This document shows, piece by piece, positions 38,595 through 48,168 of a stretch of DNA of 64,000 nucleotides. The position numbers and the translations under genes were made by a program. The notes below the pieces were generated by a model. That model saw only the letters and a list, made by a program, of their open reading frames with translations. It ran no database searches and was not told where the DNA came from. Source of the DNA: Poseidonia sp. (lineage in GTDB: Archaea; Thermoplasmatota; Poseidoniia; Poseidoniales; Poseidoniaceae); the NCBI GenBank assembly GCA_965661285.1, contig CBFIDD010000002.1:96001-160000 (forward strand), given 5' to 3'. Position 1 is the stretch's first letter, and each line of letters opens with the position of its first letter.

Positions 38595-40640
38595 ATGAGC
38601 GGGAGTCAAGAGCCTTACATCCCCGCTCATGAATCGCCCAAGGAATTGACCGTTCGTGTAATCGTGGTGGGCATTGTCCTTGGCGTATTGATGACAGCAG
38701 CCAATGCCTACCTCGGACTCTATGCTGGCATGACCGTTTCTGCGAGCATACCCGCTGCGGTGATGTCGATGATCGTCCTTCGCACGATGTTCAAAGATGT
38801 CTCAATTTTAGAAAATAACGCCGTCCAAACGATGGCATCGGCCGGTGAATCCCTTGCAGCTGGCGTCATCTTCACCGTACCGGCTCTTCTCGTGATGAAT
38901 ATTTGGACATCAATTCAGTGGATGGAGACGCTCATCATCGCCACCTTGGGTGGTTTGCTTGGCACGATGTTCACCATTGCGCTGCGTCGCCTTTTCATCG
39001 TCGAGGAGGCGTTGCCCTACCCCGAAGGCGTGGCTTGCCGAGAGGTGCTGGTTGCCGGTGAAGAGGGCGGCGACGGCGCGCTGGCCATTTTGTATGCGCT
39101 GGCCATCGGTGGGATTTACGGGCTCATGGTCAAGGGTTTCGAGGTCACCCATCACACGGTTGAAGGCGCCTTCTCTTTTGTCTCCACTCGCCTTTATGCG
39201 GGCATGGATTTATCGGTCGCCTTGCTTTCAGTGGGCTACATTGTCGGCATTCGCATCGCCTCGTTCATCTTTTTTGGCGGCGTCTTGGGGTTCGGTATTC
39301 TCGTCCCTATGTACGGACTGATTTACGGTTGGCCTGCTACGGATTCGCTCGTCGATGGCTTCTACAGCATATGGTCAACCCAAATCCGCTACGTCGGTGT
39401 AGGAGCGATGGTGGTCGGTGGCATCTACACCCTCTGGTCCATGAGAAAAACCATCATCACGGGATTATCCAAAGCCTTCGTCAAATCCGATGAAGGGGCA
39501 GGCCTGCTACCTAGAACAGAGCAGGACATACCCATGAACCGTGTTTTCACGGTGTGCGGTGTGTTGGTCGTGCTGACCTTCTTCTTCTACTGGTGGGCCA
39601 CCGAATCCTTTGTCCTCGCCATGGCCGGTGCGCTGTTCCTCGCCTTTGTGGCCTTCTTTTTCGCAGCCGTTGCGGGCTACATCGCCGGTGTTGTTGGCTC
39701 ATCCAATTCTCCTGTTTCCGGAATGACCATCGCCACGCTTCTGTTTACGGTCGGCCTGGTGTACATCGTCGGTGATGTCTTCCTTGGGATGGCCAAGGAG
39801 GAACTCATGTTTGCCACCCTCCTCATCGCTGCCATCGTCGCCTCGAGCGCGGCGATTGCCGGCGACGTCATGCAGGACCTCAAGACCGGTCACATGCTGG
39901 GTGCCACACCAAGAAGGCAACAGGTTGCTGAAATCGTAGGTGTCCTGACAGGTGCGGTGGTGATTGGTCCAGTTCTGTCCTTGCTTCACGACGCTTTTCG
40001 CATCTCCCAGACGGCCTGCCAACTGAACCCGCTACCCGGCGACCCGACCTGCTCCAAGGCGCTCTTCGCACCGCAAGCTGAATTGATCGGTGCGATTGTT
40101 CAGGGTGCATTTGGTGGGGACTTGAACCTCCAGATGGTGGTGCTCGGTGCGGCCATTGCTGTCGCCCTCATTCGATTGCAAATGCCGGTGATGAGCGTGG
40201 CGATTGGGATCTATCTGCCGCTCGGACTCTCGGTCCCCATCATGACGGGCGGCATCATTTCGCACGTCCTCTTGCGAAGCGCTCACCTGCGAGTCGATGG
40301 GGTCCTGCGCAAGGAACCCTCTGAAAAAGCGATCGAAGCCGCCAAAGAGGTCGAGAGTCGGGGCGTGCTCATCGGTGCCGGCTTCATCGCAGGAGAGTCC
40401 ATCATGGGCGTGCTCATCGCGGTCCTCATCGTTGCAAAAATTGACCTCCCCGGTATCTTTGGGATTGATACGCTAAACAATCTCTTCTCCTTGGTGTTCT
40501 TCGCTTGGTTTGTCGGCGTCTTCATTTGGCTGGCGACACGCGCACTGCCGAAGGGTGGAAGTCTCGCTGGCGATACCGTGATGGTCGTGGCGGATGCATT
40601 CCGAAATATGTTGGATGCATTGACGCCGAAAAAGCGCTAA
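38595..40640 (+). CDS. OPT-family oligopeptide transporter
   Basis: ANAYLGL..GMTVSASIPAAV, ENNAVQT.ASAGE, LPYPEG.AC, GSSNSPVSG, MQDLKTG. Confidence 0.93.
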   Translation: MSGSQEPYIPAHESPKELTVRVIVVGIVLGVLMTAANAYLGLYAGMTVSASIPAAVMSMIVLRTMFKDVSILENNAVQTMASAGESLAAGVIFTVPALLVMNIWTSIQWMETLIIATLGGLLGTMFTIALRRLFIVEEALPYPEGVACREVLVAGEEGGDGALAILYALAIGGIYGLMVKGFEVTHHTVEGAFSFVSTRLYAGMDLSVALLSVGYIVGIRIASFIFFGGVLGFGILVPMYGLIYGWPATDSLVDGFYSIWSTQIRYVGVGAMVVGGIYTLWSMRKTIITGLSKAFVKSDEGAGLLPRTEQDIPMNRVFTVCGVLVVLTFFFYWWATESFVLAMAGALFLAFVAFFFAAVAGYIAGVVGSSNSPVSGMTIATLLFTVGLVYIVGDVFLGMAKEELMFATLLIAAIVASSAAIAGDVMQDLKTGHMLGATPRRQQVAEIVGVLTGAVVIGPVLSLLHDAFRISQTACQLNPLPGDPTCSKALFAPQAELIGAIVQGAFGGDLNLQMVVLGAAIAVALIRLQMPVMSVAIGIYLPLGLSVPIMTGGIISHVLLRSAHLRVDGVLRKEPSEKAIEAAKEVESRGVLIGAGFIAGESIMGVLIAVLIVAKIDLPGIFGIDTLNNLFSLVFFAWFVGVFIWLATRALPKGGSLAGDTVMVVADAFRNMLDALTPKKR

Positions 40641-40718
40641 CTGCGACCCACACCCACAGGAATAGCCTGCACAACCATCAAAGGCCATCCATGCGAGCCT
40701 CGGTGTGCTGGTGAACCG

Positions 40719-41543
40719 ATGACAACCATAACCGAACTTGAAGAACTTGCGCGAAGATGTCGCGTCCACATCGTCAACATGGTCCACCGTGCCCAAGCTG
40801 GCCACCCCGGTGGTTCACTCTCCGAAATCGACCTCTTGGCGGCGCTCTACAAAACCACGCTACGCGCCAAACCAGACCAGCCTGATTGGGAGGACCGAGA
40901 CCGATTCATTCTCTCCAAAGGCCATGCCTCACCCGGCATGTATGCCATCCTCGCCGAGATGGGGTTCATCAGCGTTGAGGACCTCGAATCGTACAGGGTA
41001 CTCGGTGGCGTGTGTCAGGGTCATGTGGACATGAAATGGTGCCCAGGCGTGGATTTCTCTGCAGGTTCACTCGGCATGGGCCTCTCGTTTGGCATGGGCT
41101 CGGCCATCGCAGGCCGCCTTGAAGGCAGCGAGCGTCAAGTCTACGTCATGCTCGGCGATGGGGAAATCCAAGAGGGAAGCGTTTGGGAAGCGGCCATGGC
41201 CGCAAGGCACCATGAACTTGGCAACTTGAACGTGATTCTTGACCGAAACCGAATTCAAAACGATGACTTTTGTGAAGCCCAAATGCGCATGTTTGACATC
41301 CCAGCAAAATGGAAGGCCTTCGGATGGAATGTGAAGGAAATTGACGGCCACAACATGGAGGAAATCGTCGACGGATTGAACTTCCTGCAACATTCAAACG
41401 ACGGCCCCTCCATCCTGATCGCTCATACCGTAAAGGGGCACGGCGTTTCCTTCATGGCCGACAATCCAGCCTTCCACGGTGCCGCACCCAATGACGAACA
41501 ATACGCTCAAGCCATGGCTGAACTCGGCGAGGTGGTCGCATGA
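40719..41543 (+). CDS. Transketolase, N-terminal (TPP-binding) subunit
   Basis: GHPGGSLS, DRFILSKGHA, GSLGMG, GDGEIQEG. Confidence 0.93.
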   Translation: MTTITELEELARRCRVHIVNMVHRAQAGHPGGSLSEIDLLAALYKTTLRAKPDQPDWEDRDRFILSKGHASPGMYAILAEMGFISVEDLESYRVLGGVCQGHVDMKWCPGVDFSAGSLGMGLSFGMGSAIAGRLEGSERQVYVMLGDGEIQEGSVWEAAMAARHHELGNLNVILDRNRIQNDDFCEAQMRMFDIPAKWKAFGWNVKEIDGHNMEEIVDGLNFLQHSNDGPSILIAHTVKGHGVSFMADNPAFHGAAPNDEQYAQAMAELGEVVA

Positions 41544-42478
41544 GTAAGATGGCCGCCACCCGAGACGGGTACGGCGAGGCGCTCCTCGAACTTGCTTCCA
41601 ACCCCAAGGTTGTTGTCCTTGAAGCCGACCTCGGCAAGTCCACCAAGTCGCTTCACTTTCGCAAAGCCCATCCCGAACGAACCGTATCCTGCGGCATTGG
41701 TGAGCAAAACATGCTCCTCGTGGGCGCAGGCCTTGCGGCTTCGGGCTACATTCCATTTGCCAGCACCTTCGCCATCTTTACCGAGCGTGCCTTTGAACAG
41801 ATGCGAAACGGTGTTGCCAGGCCGAATCTTGCTGTCCATGTCTGTGGAAGCCACGGAGGAACGCATACGGGGACCGACGGGTCATCTGCACAATCCATTG
41901 AGGATCTCGCCATTTACCGCACCCTGCCCAACGTCATTGTCCTGCACCCAAGCGATATTGTTTCCACCAAAGTACTGACGATGCAACTGGCCGAAACCGG
42001 ATCACCCTCCTACACGCGCACAGCACGAAACAAGACGCCCGTCTTGTACGAAGGTCGCGAAACTGAAATTGAAATCGGCAAAGGCGTGATTCTGAAAGAA
42101 GGTACGGACGTTGCCATCATCGCCTGCGGCGTCATGGTTTCCCAGTCTCTTGAGGCAGCAGAGGCACTCGCTTCAGAAGGCATCAACGCCACGATTGTTG
42201 ACATGCACACCTTGAAGCCGCTCGACGGAGACCTCGTCAACCGCCTGGTGGAATCCTGCGGTGCGATCGTTACCGCAGAGGACCACAGCGTTATCGGGGG
42301 CCTTGGTGGAGCTGTCGCCGAACACTTGACGGCGAACACGTACGCCCCACTGGAGCGCGTGGGCGTTCAGGACCGATTCGGCGAGTCCGGTCAAGCCGAC
42401 GAGATGCTCGAAGTCATGCAAATTTCTGCACCCTACATCGCAGAGGCTGCGAAGCGAGCCATCGCTCGTAAGGGCTGA
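41540..42478 (+). CDS. Transketolase, C-terminal subunit
   Basis: ATRDGYG, GIGEQNM, EQMRN, DMHTLKPLD, EDHSVIGGLG, DRFGESG; ATGA overlap. Confidence 0.92.
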   Translation: MSKMAATRDGYGEALLELASNPKVVVLEADLGKSTKSLHFRKAHPERTVSCGIGEQNMLLVGAGLAASGYIPFASTFAIFTERAFEQMRNGVARPNLAVHVCGSHGGTHTGTDGSSAQSIEDLAIYRTLPNVIVLHPSDIVSTKVLTMQLAETGSPSYTRTARNKTPVLYEGRETEIEIGKGVILKEGTDVAIIACGVMVSQSLEAAEALASEGINATIVDMHTLKPLDGDLVNRLVESCGAIVTAEDHSVIGGLGGAVAEHLTANTYAPLERVGVQDRFGESGQADEMLEVMQISAPYIAEAAKRAIARKG

Positions 42479-42535
42479 GAACACCGCAACGTCCTCGGGG
42501 GAGAGTTCATAGAACCTCTTCATTGAACAGGGCTC

Positions 42536-43195
42536 ATGGAGTTCTTCCTTGACACCGCAGACGTTGACGAAATCAGAGAAATCGCCGCATGGGGCATCCT
42601 CGACGGCGTGACAACCAACCCGTCCCTCATCAAAAAATCCGGAAGGGATTTCAAGGAAGTTGTACGCGAAATCGCCGGCATTTGCTCAGGCCCAATTTCC
42701 GCCGAAGTCACCGCCATGGACACGCCTGGAATGGTGGAACAAGGGCGCGCACTCAAGGCAGAGCTGCCTGACAATGTCATCATCAAGATTCCATGCACGC
42801 CAGAAGGACTCGCAGCAACCAAAATTTTGACCGAAGACGGCATTGACACCAATGTCACGCTCATCTTCTCCGCATCACAAGCCCTGATGGCGGCCAAAGC
42901 CGGTGCTACCTACGTCTCCCCGTTCATCGGACGCATCGACGACACCGGCCACGACGGCATGGAACTCATCGCTGAGATCATGAACACCTGGGCCAATTAC
43001 AACCTCGACACGAAAGTGCTTGCTGCCTCTGTGCGTCACCCAACTCACGTGCTCCAGTGCATCCAACTGGGCGCACACACGGCGACCATGCCCGCCAAGA
43101 CCTTCCGCCAACTCATGAGCCATCCGCTGACCGACCGTGGACTCGAAGGCTTCATGCGCGATTGGGCCGAAGTCGAAAAGGCTGGCAAAGCGTGA
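42536..43195 (+). CDS. tal: Transaldolase (short TalC/FSA family)
   Basis: [31 protein letters not shown] (Glu/Phe residues typical of transaldolase rather than FSA). Confidence 0.92.
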   Translation: MEFFLDTADVDEIREIAAWGILDGVTTNPSLIKKSGRDFKEVVREIAGICSGPISAEVTAMDTPGMVEQGRALKAELPDNVIIKIPCTPEGLAATKILTEDGIDTNVTLIFSASQALMAAKAGATYVSPFIGRIDDTGHDGMELIAEIMNTWANYNLDTKVLAASVRHPTHVLQCIQLGAHTATMPAKTFRQLMSHPLTDRGLEGFMRDWAEVEKAGKA

Positions 43196-43227
43196 CACCG
43201 GCCGATCTCTGACATCCAACAACGGCC

Positions 43228-43770
43228 TTATTTGCCGTGAGAAAACGCCACCAAATCATCGATAGGGAGATGATCGGCTGTGTCCCTACAATAGTGGGCC
43301 TTCACCACCGTACCGGATTCGTCAATCAGTATGTCAGCTGGAATGGTCGAAAGTTTGGAGACAGAGAGGGTCAAGGGAACATAACCTCGCATGGTTGCTT
43401 GAAGGAGGGTTAACGGGGACTTTGCAGCACCAAAAACGAATTTCCCAAAGGATTTCCGGATGCCGTTGTTGAGGAAGTGCTCGTAGGTTTCATCGGCTAC
43501 GATGGTGAACGGAGCGCTGTGCTTCTTCATACGCTTGGCCAATTCGTCAACACCCGCATCAAAAACACCCACCATCACGGCGTCCTTGCTAAACTCGTCC
43601 CACCGCTGAACAATTCTTCTGATTCTCATGTTGCACAATGGACAAGATGAAAATCGAAAGAAGGTGAGAATCACGCGCTTCCCTTTAACCTTGGACAGGT
43701 CAAAGACGGAACCGTCGATAGCGGGCAGGACAAGGTTTGGTGCAGAAGTGCCAGCAACAAGTCGTGTCAT
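43228..43770 (-). CDS. AhpC/TSA-family redoxin
   Basis: AP...LPAIDG, FFRFSSCPLCN (CxxC), PADILIDESG. Confidence 0.82.
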   Translation of the reverse strand: MTRLVAGTSAPNLVLPAIDGSVFDLSKVKGKRVILTFFRFSSCPLCNMRIRRIVQRWDEFSKDAVMVGVFDAGVDELAKRMKKHSAPFTIVADETYEHFLNNGIRKSFGKFVFGAAKSPLTLLQATMRGYVPLTLSVSKLSTIPADILIDESGTVVKAHYCRDTADHLPIDDLVAFSHGK

Positions 43771-43859
43771 GTAGTGAGCATCCTTGGCTCTTTAATCACC
43801 CTTCCTATTGTTGCGACCATCAGCCCCGGGGCCGGTGCACGAAGCCATGTTCTTTTTCC

Positions 43860-44885
43860 CTAGCGAGAAGCGAGCGTGAGGTTCTTCCACATCTCTTCTG
43901 GAACCTCCATGGCGAGTCGAAGACCGCCCATGGCGCCCAAACGGACGGGGTCGTCAACCACGTGAACGTTCACGTCGCCCATGTCGGAAAGGCGTCGCTC
44001 AATGAGGGCTCCAAGGCCCTTGATGGAGGAACCGCCGCCGGCGAGGACCATGTTCTTGCGGAACTCGTCGTGGTATTCGGGGTTGGACTCGGCGATGAGC
44101 TTCTTGACGTTCTCCACGATAGGGTCAACGATGGATTCGCAGGCGCGCTGCATGCAATCGGTGATGTCGAGGGTCATGGCCTTGCCTTCGATGGAAAAGT
44201 CAACCAGCACAGGCTCGTCAGGAGCGGCGGTGGACACGAAGGAGAACTGCTCTTTCCAGCGTCGGGCCATGTCCTTGGTGATTTGAGCACCGTTGTACTT
44301 GGACTGGATTTCCTTGATGAGTTGGTTGTCGACGAAGTCGCCAGCGTGTCCGGTGTGCATCTGGTCGCCAGGTCCGGGGATGGTTCCGTAGACACGGCAA
44401 AGGTCAGTAGTACCAGCGCCGATGTCAATGACGAGGGTGTGGGTGATCATATCAAGCGCGTAAGCGACAGCAAACGGCTCGGAGATGATCATGGCGGAGT
44501 TCACAGAGCCTGCGGCTGCGTCAAAAATGGCCGTTTTGTCAACGTGGCTGGCTTCAGCGGGCGCACCGATGACGGCGACCACACGGTCGTATTCCTCTGG
44601 GTCGGAAAGACCGATGAGGTGTGTGATGAAGTGAGCGATGAATTCGCGGTCTTCAAGAGTATCCTTGATGACGCCGAGTTCGAGCGGACGGAAGAGATTC
44701 AGTGCGAGGCGGTTCTTCAGCGCTTCATTGCCAAAAAGCACATCTCGCTTCAAGAAGTTGCGTGCAATAGGGTCCTTTGGCGTACCGATGACCGTCAATT
44801 CTTCCACTTCGTGGCTGTCGGAGGAGACCATCACCGAGCGGAAGGTTCCCAAGTCGATTCCAATATACAACACGTCGTTTGCCAT
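43860..44885 (-). CDS. Actin-like ATPase, MamK/Salactin-like
   Basis: GIDLGT, ISEPFAVAY, DIGAGTTD, LAGGGSSIKGL actin motifs, plus G.PKD, GT.PGP.DQ, KEQFSFV and LRLA.E.P...W segments recalled from MamK. Confidence 0.88.
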   Translation of the reverse strand: MANDVLYIGIDLGTFRSVMVSSDSHEVEELTVIGTPKDPIARNFLKRDVLFGNEALKNRLALNLFRPLELGVIKDTLEDREFIAHFITHLIGLSDPEEYDRVVAVIGAPAEASHVDKTAIFDAAAGSVNSAMIISEPFAVAYALDMITHTLVIDIGAGTTDLCRVYGTIPGPGDQMHTGHAGDFVDNQLIKEIQSKYNGAQITKDMARRWKEQFSFVSTAAPDEPVLVDFSIEGKAMTLDITDCMQRACESIVDPIVENVKKLIAESNPEYHDEFRKNMVLAGGGSSIKGLGALIERRLSDMGDVNVHVVDDPVRLGAMGGLRLAMEVPEEMWKNLTLASR

Positions 44886-45007
44886 AGGCGTAACCGTCTT
44901 TCGGATACCGCTTCACTTTATGAAGAGTCCCCACCATCATGATTGGCAAGGGTGTACGAACGCCATCCCCGGCCTTCTATAGAACACTGAATGAGGGGCG
45001 CAAATAC

Positions 45008-46024
45008 TCAACACCAGGCCTCGCAAGCATGGCAATACCATGCGGCATGCTCCACATACATCTCGGCCATACCACCGCAATCTGTGCATTCCTTCAGGGT
45101 ATTTTCCCCGCAGATATCCACCACCATTTGGACGTGATAGGCTTCGTCGATCTTAAGTTGTTCCCGCATGGCCCAAAGCAGTTGATCTTCGCTTGGAGAA
45201 ATGATGCCGTCTTCAAGCACCATCTCAACCACGTTGCGGTAGTCTTGGATGGTTGAGAAGTCACGGTGGTCAAGGACCACACCGCCTTTTTCGGCCACGA
45301 TGTCCGTGCCACCGGGGTCGTCTACAAAGATCACGAAGGACGCTGGTTTGAGACTGTCATCTCGCAACTCAAAGGAAATCCGTGCACCGTCCAGGTTGGC
45401 GTAGACGAGTTTGGATGAGCGGTTGATGACGTTGGTGATCGAACGTGCGGTGGTTTCAGCGTTTGGTCCACGCTTCCAACCGGTTGGGCTTCGTTCGTTG
45501 TAGGCATAGAACTCCGTCCCTTTCCCGGGATATTCAAGACGAATTTCTTCTCCACCGTCAAAACCGTTGGAGACGATGGTGATGGCGGCGACTTCGGTTG
45601 AAAGGATGTTATCGTCGTCATCAAAGCTGATCATCAGCGGCTTGCGTTCCTCGGCCGCAGCGTTGTAGTGACCCTGCATGCCGCTCATCCATTTGTCTTC
45701 AAGCCGCTTGAGGGTTTGCTCTTGTTCTCCCGTGAGGTTCTTATCGATGCCGAGCACATTCGCGAGTTCACCTGCGGCCATCTCTTGTTTGAATTGCTCA
45801 ATTTTCTCAGCGTCTCTCCTGTGTGTCGGGGGCTGGATGCGCTTGCGTTCTTCTTTGTAGTTCGGGTCAGCCCACTCGTGGCCACATGAACCGCATTGAA
45901 GGTACCCCTTCATCGTCGAATCTTGAGCATCGCCACCGCATCGCGGACAATCACCATCTTCGTTGTAACCAAGGTTGGATTTGGCTTCCTCACGCCCTTT
46001 CCTCATGCCACCAAAGCCTGCCAT
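45008..46024 (-). CDS. Hypothetical protein with N- and C-terminal Zn ribbons and a TerB-like helical segment
   Basis: CPRCG...CGSCGHEW; LEDGIISPSEDQLL...REQLKID; CTDCG...WYCHAC. Confidence 0.75.
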   Translation of the reverse strand: MAGFGGMRKGREEAKSNLGYNEDGDCPRCGGDAQDSTMKGYLQCGSCGHEWADPNYKEERKRIQPPTHRRDAEKIEQFKQEMAAGELANVLGIDKNLTGEQEQTLKRLEDKWMSGMQGHYNAAAEERKPLMISFDDDDNILSTEVAAITIVSNGFDGGEEIRLEYPGKGTEFYAYNERSPTGWKRGPNAETTARSITNVINRSSKLVYANLDGARISFELRDDSLKPASFVIFVDDPGGTDIVAEKGGVVLDHRDFSTIQDYRNVVEMVLEDGIISPSEDQLLWAMREQLKIDEAYHVQMVVDICGENTLKECTDCGGMAEMYVEHAAWYCHACEAWC

Positions 46025-46061
46025 GTCGGTTTGGTAGACTTTGCTTTCTATGAATGCTTTG

Positions 46062-46892
46062 TTAGTCGTGAATGGTTCGTGCTTTGAGCCCGTACCTCAC
46101 CAAACCCTCTTGGCCGTAGAGTCGGCGGAACACCAACTCCATTTGGGCATCCATTTCGAACGTCGTGTCCTCATCATCAACGGTCAAGAAGACACCACTG
46201 GGGCCGTCTTCGAGGCTGAGGAGCACCGTGCTCATACCACCAAGAATCGGGGCACGTAGAGAAAATTCTGACGGCGCACCTGCAGCAGACAGGGTGGTCC
46301 ATGTTTGAATCGAACCGCGTCGCTGAAGGTTAACGCTGGCGGTGTTGGTTCCGTTCACCATGTGGGAAAATCGGGGCGGCCAAATGATGTCATCGTCGGC
46401 TGACTGTGCGTGAAGTTGCAGCCGTGATGATGCGGCCTCCTCGTATTGTGCCCGAGAGACATAGGCCCCTTGACTCACGTGAGCCTCGGAGAGTTCCTGA
46501 GTCCATGCGGCTTCAATGGCTTCATTGAAGGCTGGATCGACTTCAACCTCCAGGGCAACCTGAGCGATTTCAACGTCAGCACCTTTCTTCGCAACGACGA
46601 TGATCGCTTGGTCGCTCATCAAGACCTCCCAAGGTGATTCACCTTCGCTGTCATCATCGTGAATCGATACCCCCGTCGCAGCGCTAAGGCTGAGGTCGTC
46701 TATTCCATCAGGGACGGAAATGGAGGCGATCTCATCGTGATTTATTCGGTGGAGCAAACCGGCGACAGCAAGCGTGGTCGCATCGCTATCGGCACCAAAC
46801 ACCCGCACACCGTTGAGAACAAACGGAGATTGAACCACGGTGTAGGTCGACTCGTGATGAAGCACATAGCCCATCCACACTTCTGTTGACAT
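46062..46892 (-). CDS. Thiolase-associated DUF35/OB-fold protein with extended N-terminus
   Basis: GAYVS, WPPR, G.IQTWT....GAPSEF, MELVFRRLY...VRYG.K; start overlaps the thiolase stop. Confidence 0.8.
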   Translation of the reverse strand: MSTEVWMGYVLHHESTYTVVQSPFVLNGVRVFGADSDATTLAVAGLLHRINHDEIASISVPDGIDDLSLSAATGVSIHDDDSEGESPWEVLMSDQAIIVVAKKGADVEIAQVALEVEVDPAFNEAIEAAWTQELSEAHVSQGAYVSRAQYEEAASSRLQLHAQSADDDIIWPPRFSHMVNGTNTASVNLQRRGSIQTWTTLSAAGAPSEFSLRAPILGGMSTVLLSLEDGPSGVFLTVDDEDTTFEMDAQMELVFRRLYGQEGLVRYGLKARTIHD

Positions 46893-48061
46893 CAGCGTTC
46901 CCTCCCGAACACGTGTACAGAACATGTGGCGCCGGAGCCGCCAACGTTGTGCGTCAGTGCATGCTCCGCATCTCGAACTTGACGGTTGGTGTCTGCTTGG
47001 CCGCGAAGTTGTTTGAACACCTCGACCACTTGCCCGGTCCCGGTTGCACCGAGGGGATGTCCTTTGGATTTCAGGCCTCCACTTGAGTTCACCGTGGTGG
47101 TTCCTTGGTTGAGGCGGCCTTCACCCTCTCGCGCAAAGCGCCCGCCCTCTCCACGTTGAGCAAACCCGAGGTCCTCTGTCGCAAGGACTTCAGCGATGGT
47201 GAAGCAGTCATGGACCTCTGCGACATCGATTTGGCGCGGCGTGAGTCCTGCCATGGCGTAGGCCTTGGAGGAGGCGGTTTGGGTGGCTTTGAGTTGGGTG
47301 ATGCTCGGGCGGTCATGGAGGGCAAGGTTATCCGAAGCGGCACCAGCTCCTTTGACCCAAACGGGTGTATCGGTGAACTTCTGAGCGATGTGGTCGGCGG
47401 CCAAGACCACGCATGAAGCACCATCTGAGGTCGGACAGCAATCGTACAGCGTCAGCGGGTCGGCCACCATGAACCCACCGGCTGCCTTTTCGAAACTGAC
47501 TTCTTTTTGGATGTGGGCGTCCTTGTTCATGGACCCGTGGAGGTGGTTCTTCACGCTGACATGGACCAAGTCATCGTGGGTTGCGTCAAATTCGTGAAAG
47601 TAACGACGGGCCATAAGCGCGTAGGTGCCTGGAAACGTCAACCCGGCCAAACGCTCCCATTCTGTGTCGCCCGATACGCCAAGCCAGTAGCGTTTTCGTT
47701 CGGGCGTGAGGTCGTTCATTTTCTCAATCCCACCGGCGACGACAACATCCGCTTGACCGCTCTTGATGGCCATCCAGGCGTCCCGGAACGCAAAACCAGA
47801 GGAAGCACATGCGTTCTCGACCCTACGGACCGCCACCCCTTCCATGCCCGAATGTTCGGTGAGCAAGGCGGCGGTGTTGCCAAGTTGCGACCCACCAAAG
47901 GCGATGCTACCAATGAACGCTTCATCAACGGTCGCAGGGTCAAAATCGCCATCAATGCTGGCGAAGGCCTTGGAGGCCGCTTCAGCCCACATGCCTTTGA
48001 GACCGAGCGGGTGATTTCCGAACTTTGTTTGGCCAGCACCGACGACGGCGACATCCACCAT
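46892..48061 (-). CDS. Archaeal-type thiolase (acetyl-CoA acetyltransferase)
   Basis: VENACASSG, GIEKM, CCPTSDGA, EVHDCFT, GHPLGATG, HNVGG. Confidence 0.92.
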   Translation of the reverse strand: MVDVAVVGAGQTKFGNHPLGLKGMWAEAASKAFASIDGDFDPATVDEAFIGSIAFGGSQLGNTAALLTEHSGMEGVAVRRVENACASSGFAFRDAWMAIKSGQADVVVAGGIEKMNDLTPERKRYWLGVSGDTEWERLAGLTFPGTYALMARRYFHEFDATHDDLVHVSVKNHLHGSMNKDAHIQKEVSFEKAAGGFMVADPLTLYDCCPTSDGASCVVLAADHIAQKFTDTPVWVKGAGAASDNLALHDRPSITQLKATQTASSKAYAMAGLTPRQIDVAEVHDCFTIAEVLATEDLGFAQRGEGGRFAREGEGRLNQGTTTVNSSGGLKSKGHPLGATGTGQVVEVFKQLRGQADTNRQVRDAEHALTHNVGGSGATCSVHVFGRER

Positions 48062-48168
48062 GAAGAGACGAGGAGGACGAGGCATTTCATACCCCCGCAT
48101 CGTTTGCCATCAAGACCGAAGGATTCACGCAACCCAGCCCGTAGGGTTCTTGAACAGGTCGCACCCGC

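Noticed and set aside
43737-44942. 401-aa + strand ORF antisense to the actin-like gene
   Set aside because: Fully overlaps a motif-supported gene on the other strand; the translation looks like a typical antisense shadow
43228-46024. Magnetosome gene cluster suggested by the MamK-like gene
   Set aside because: No mamA/B/E/M/Q-like, CDF transporter or magnetochrome genes nearby
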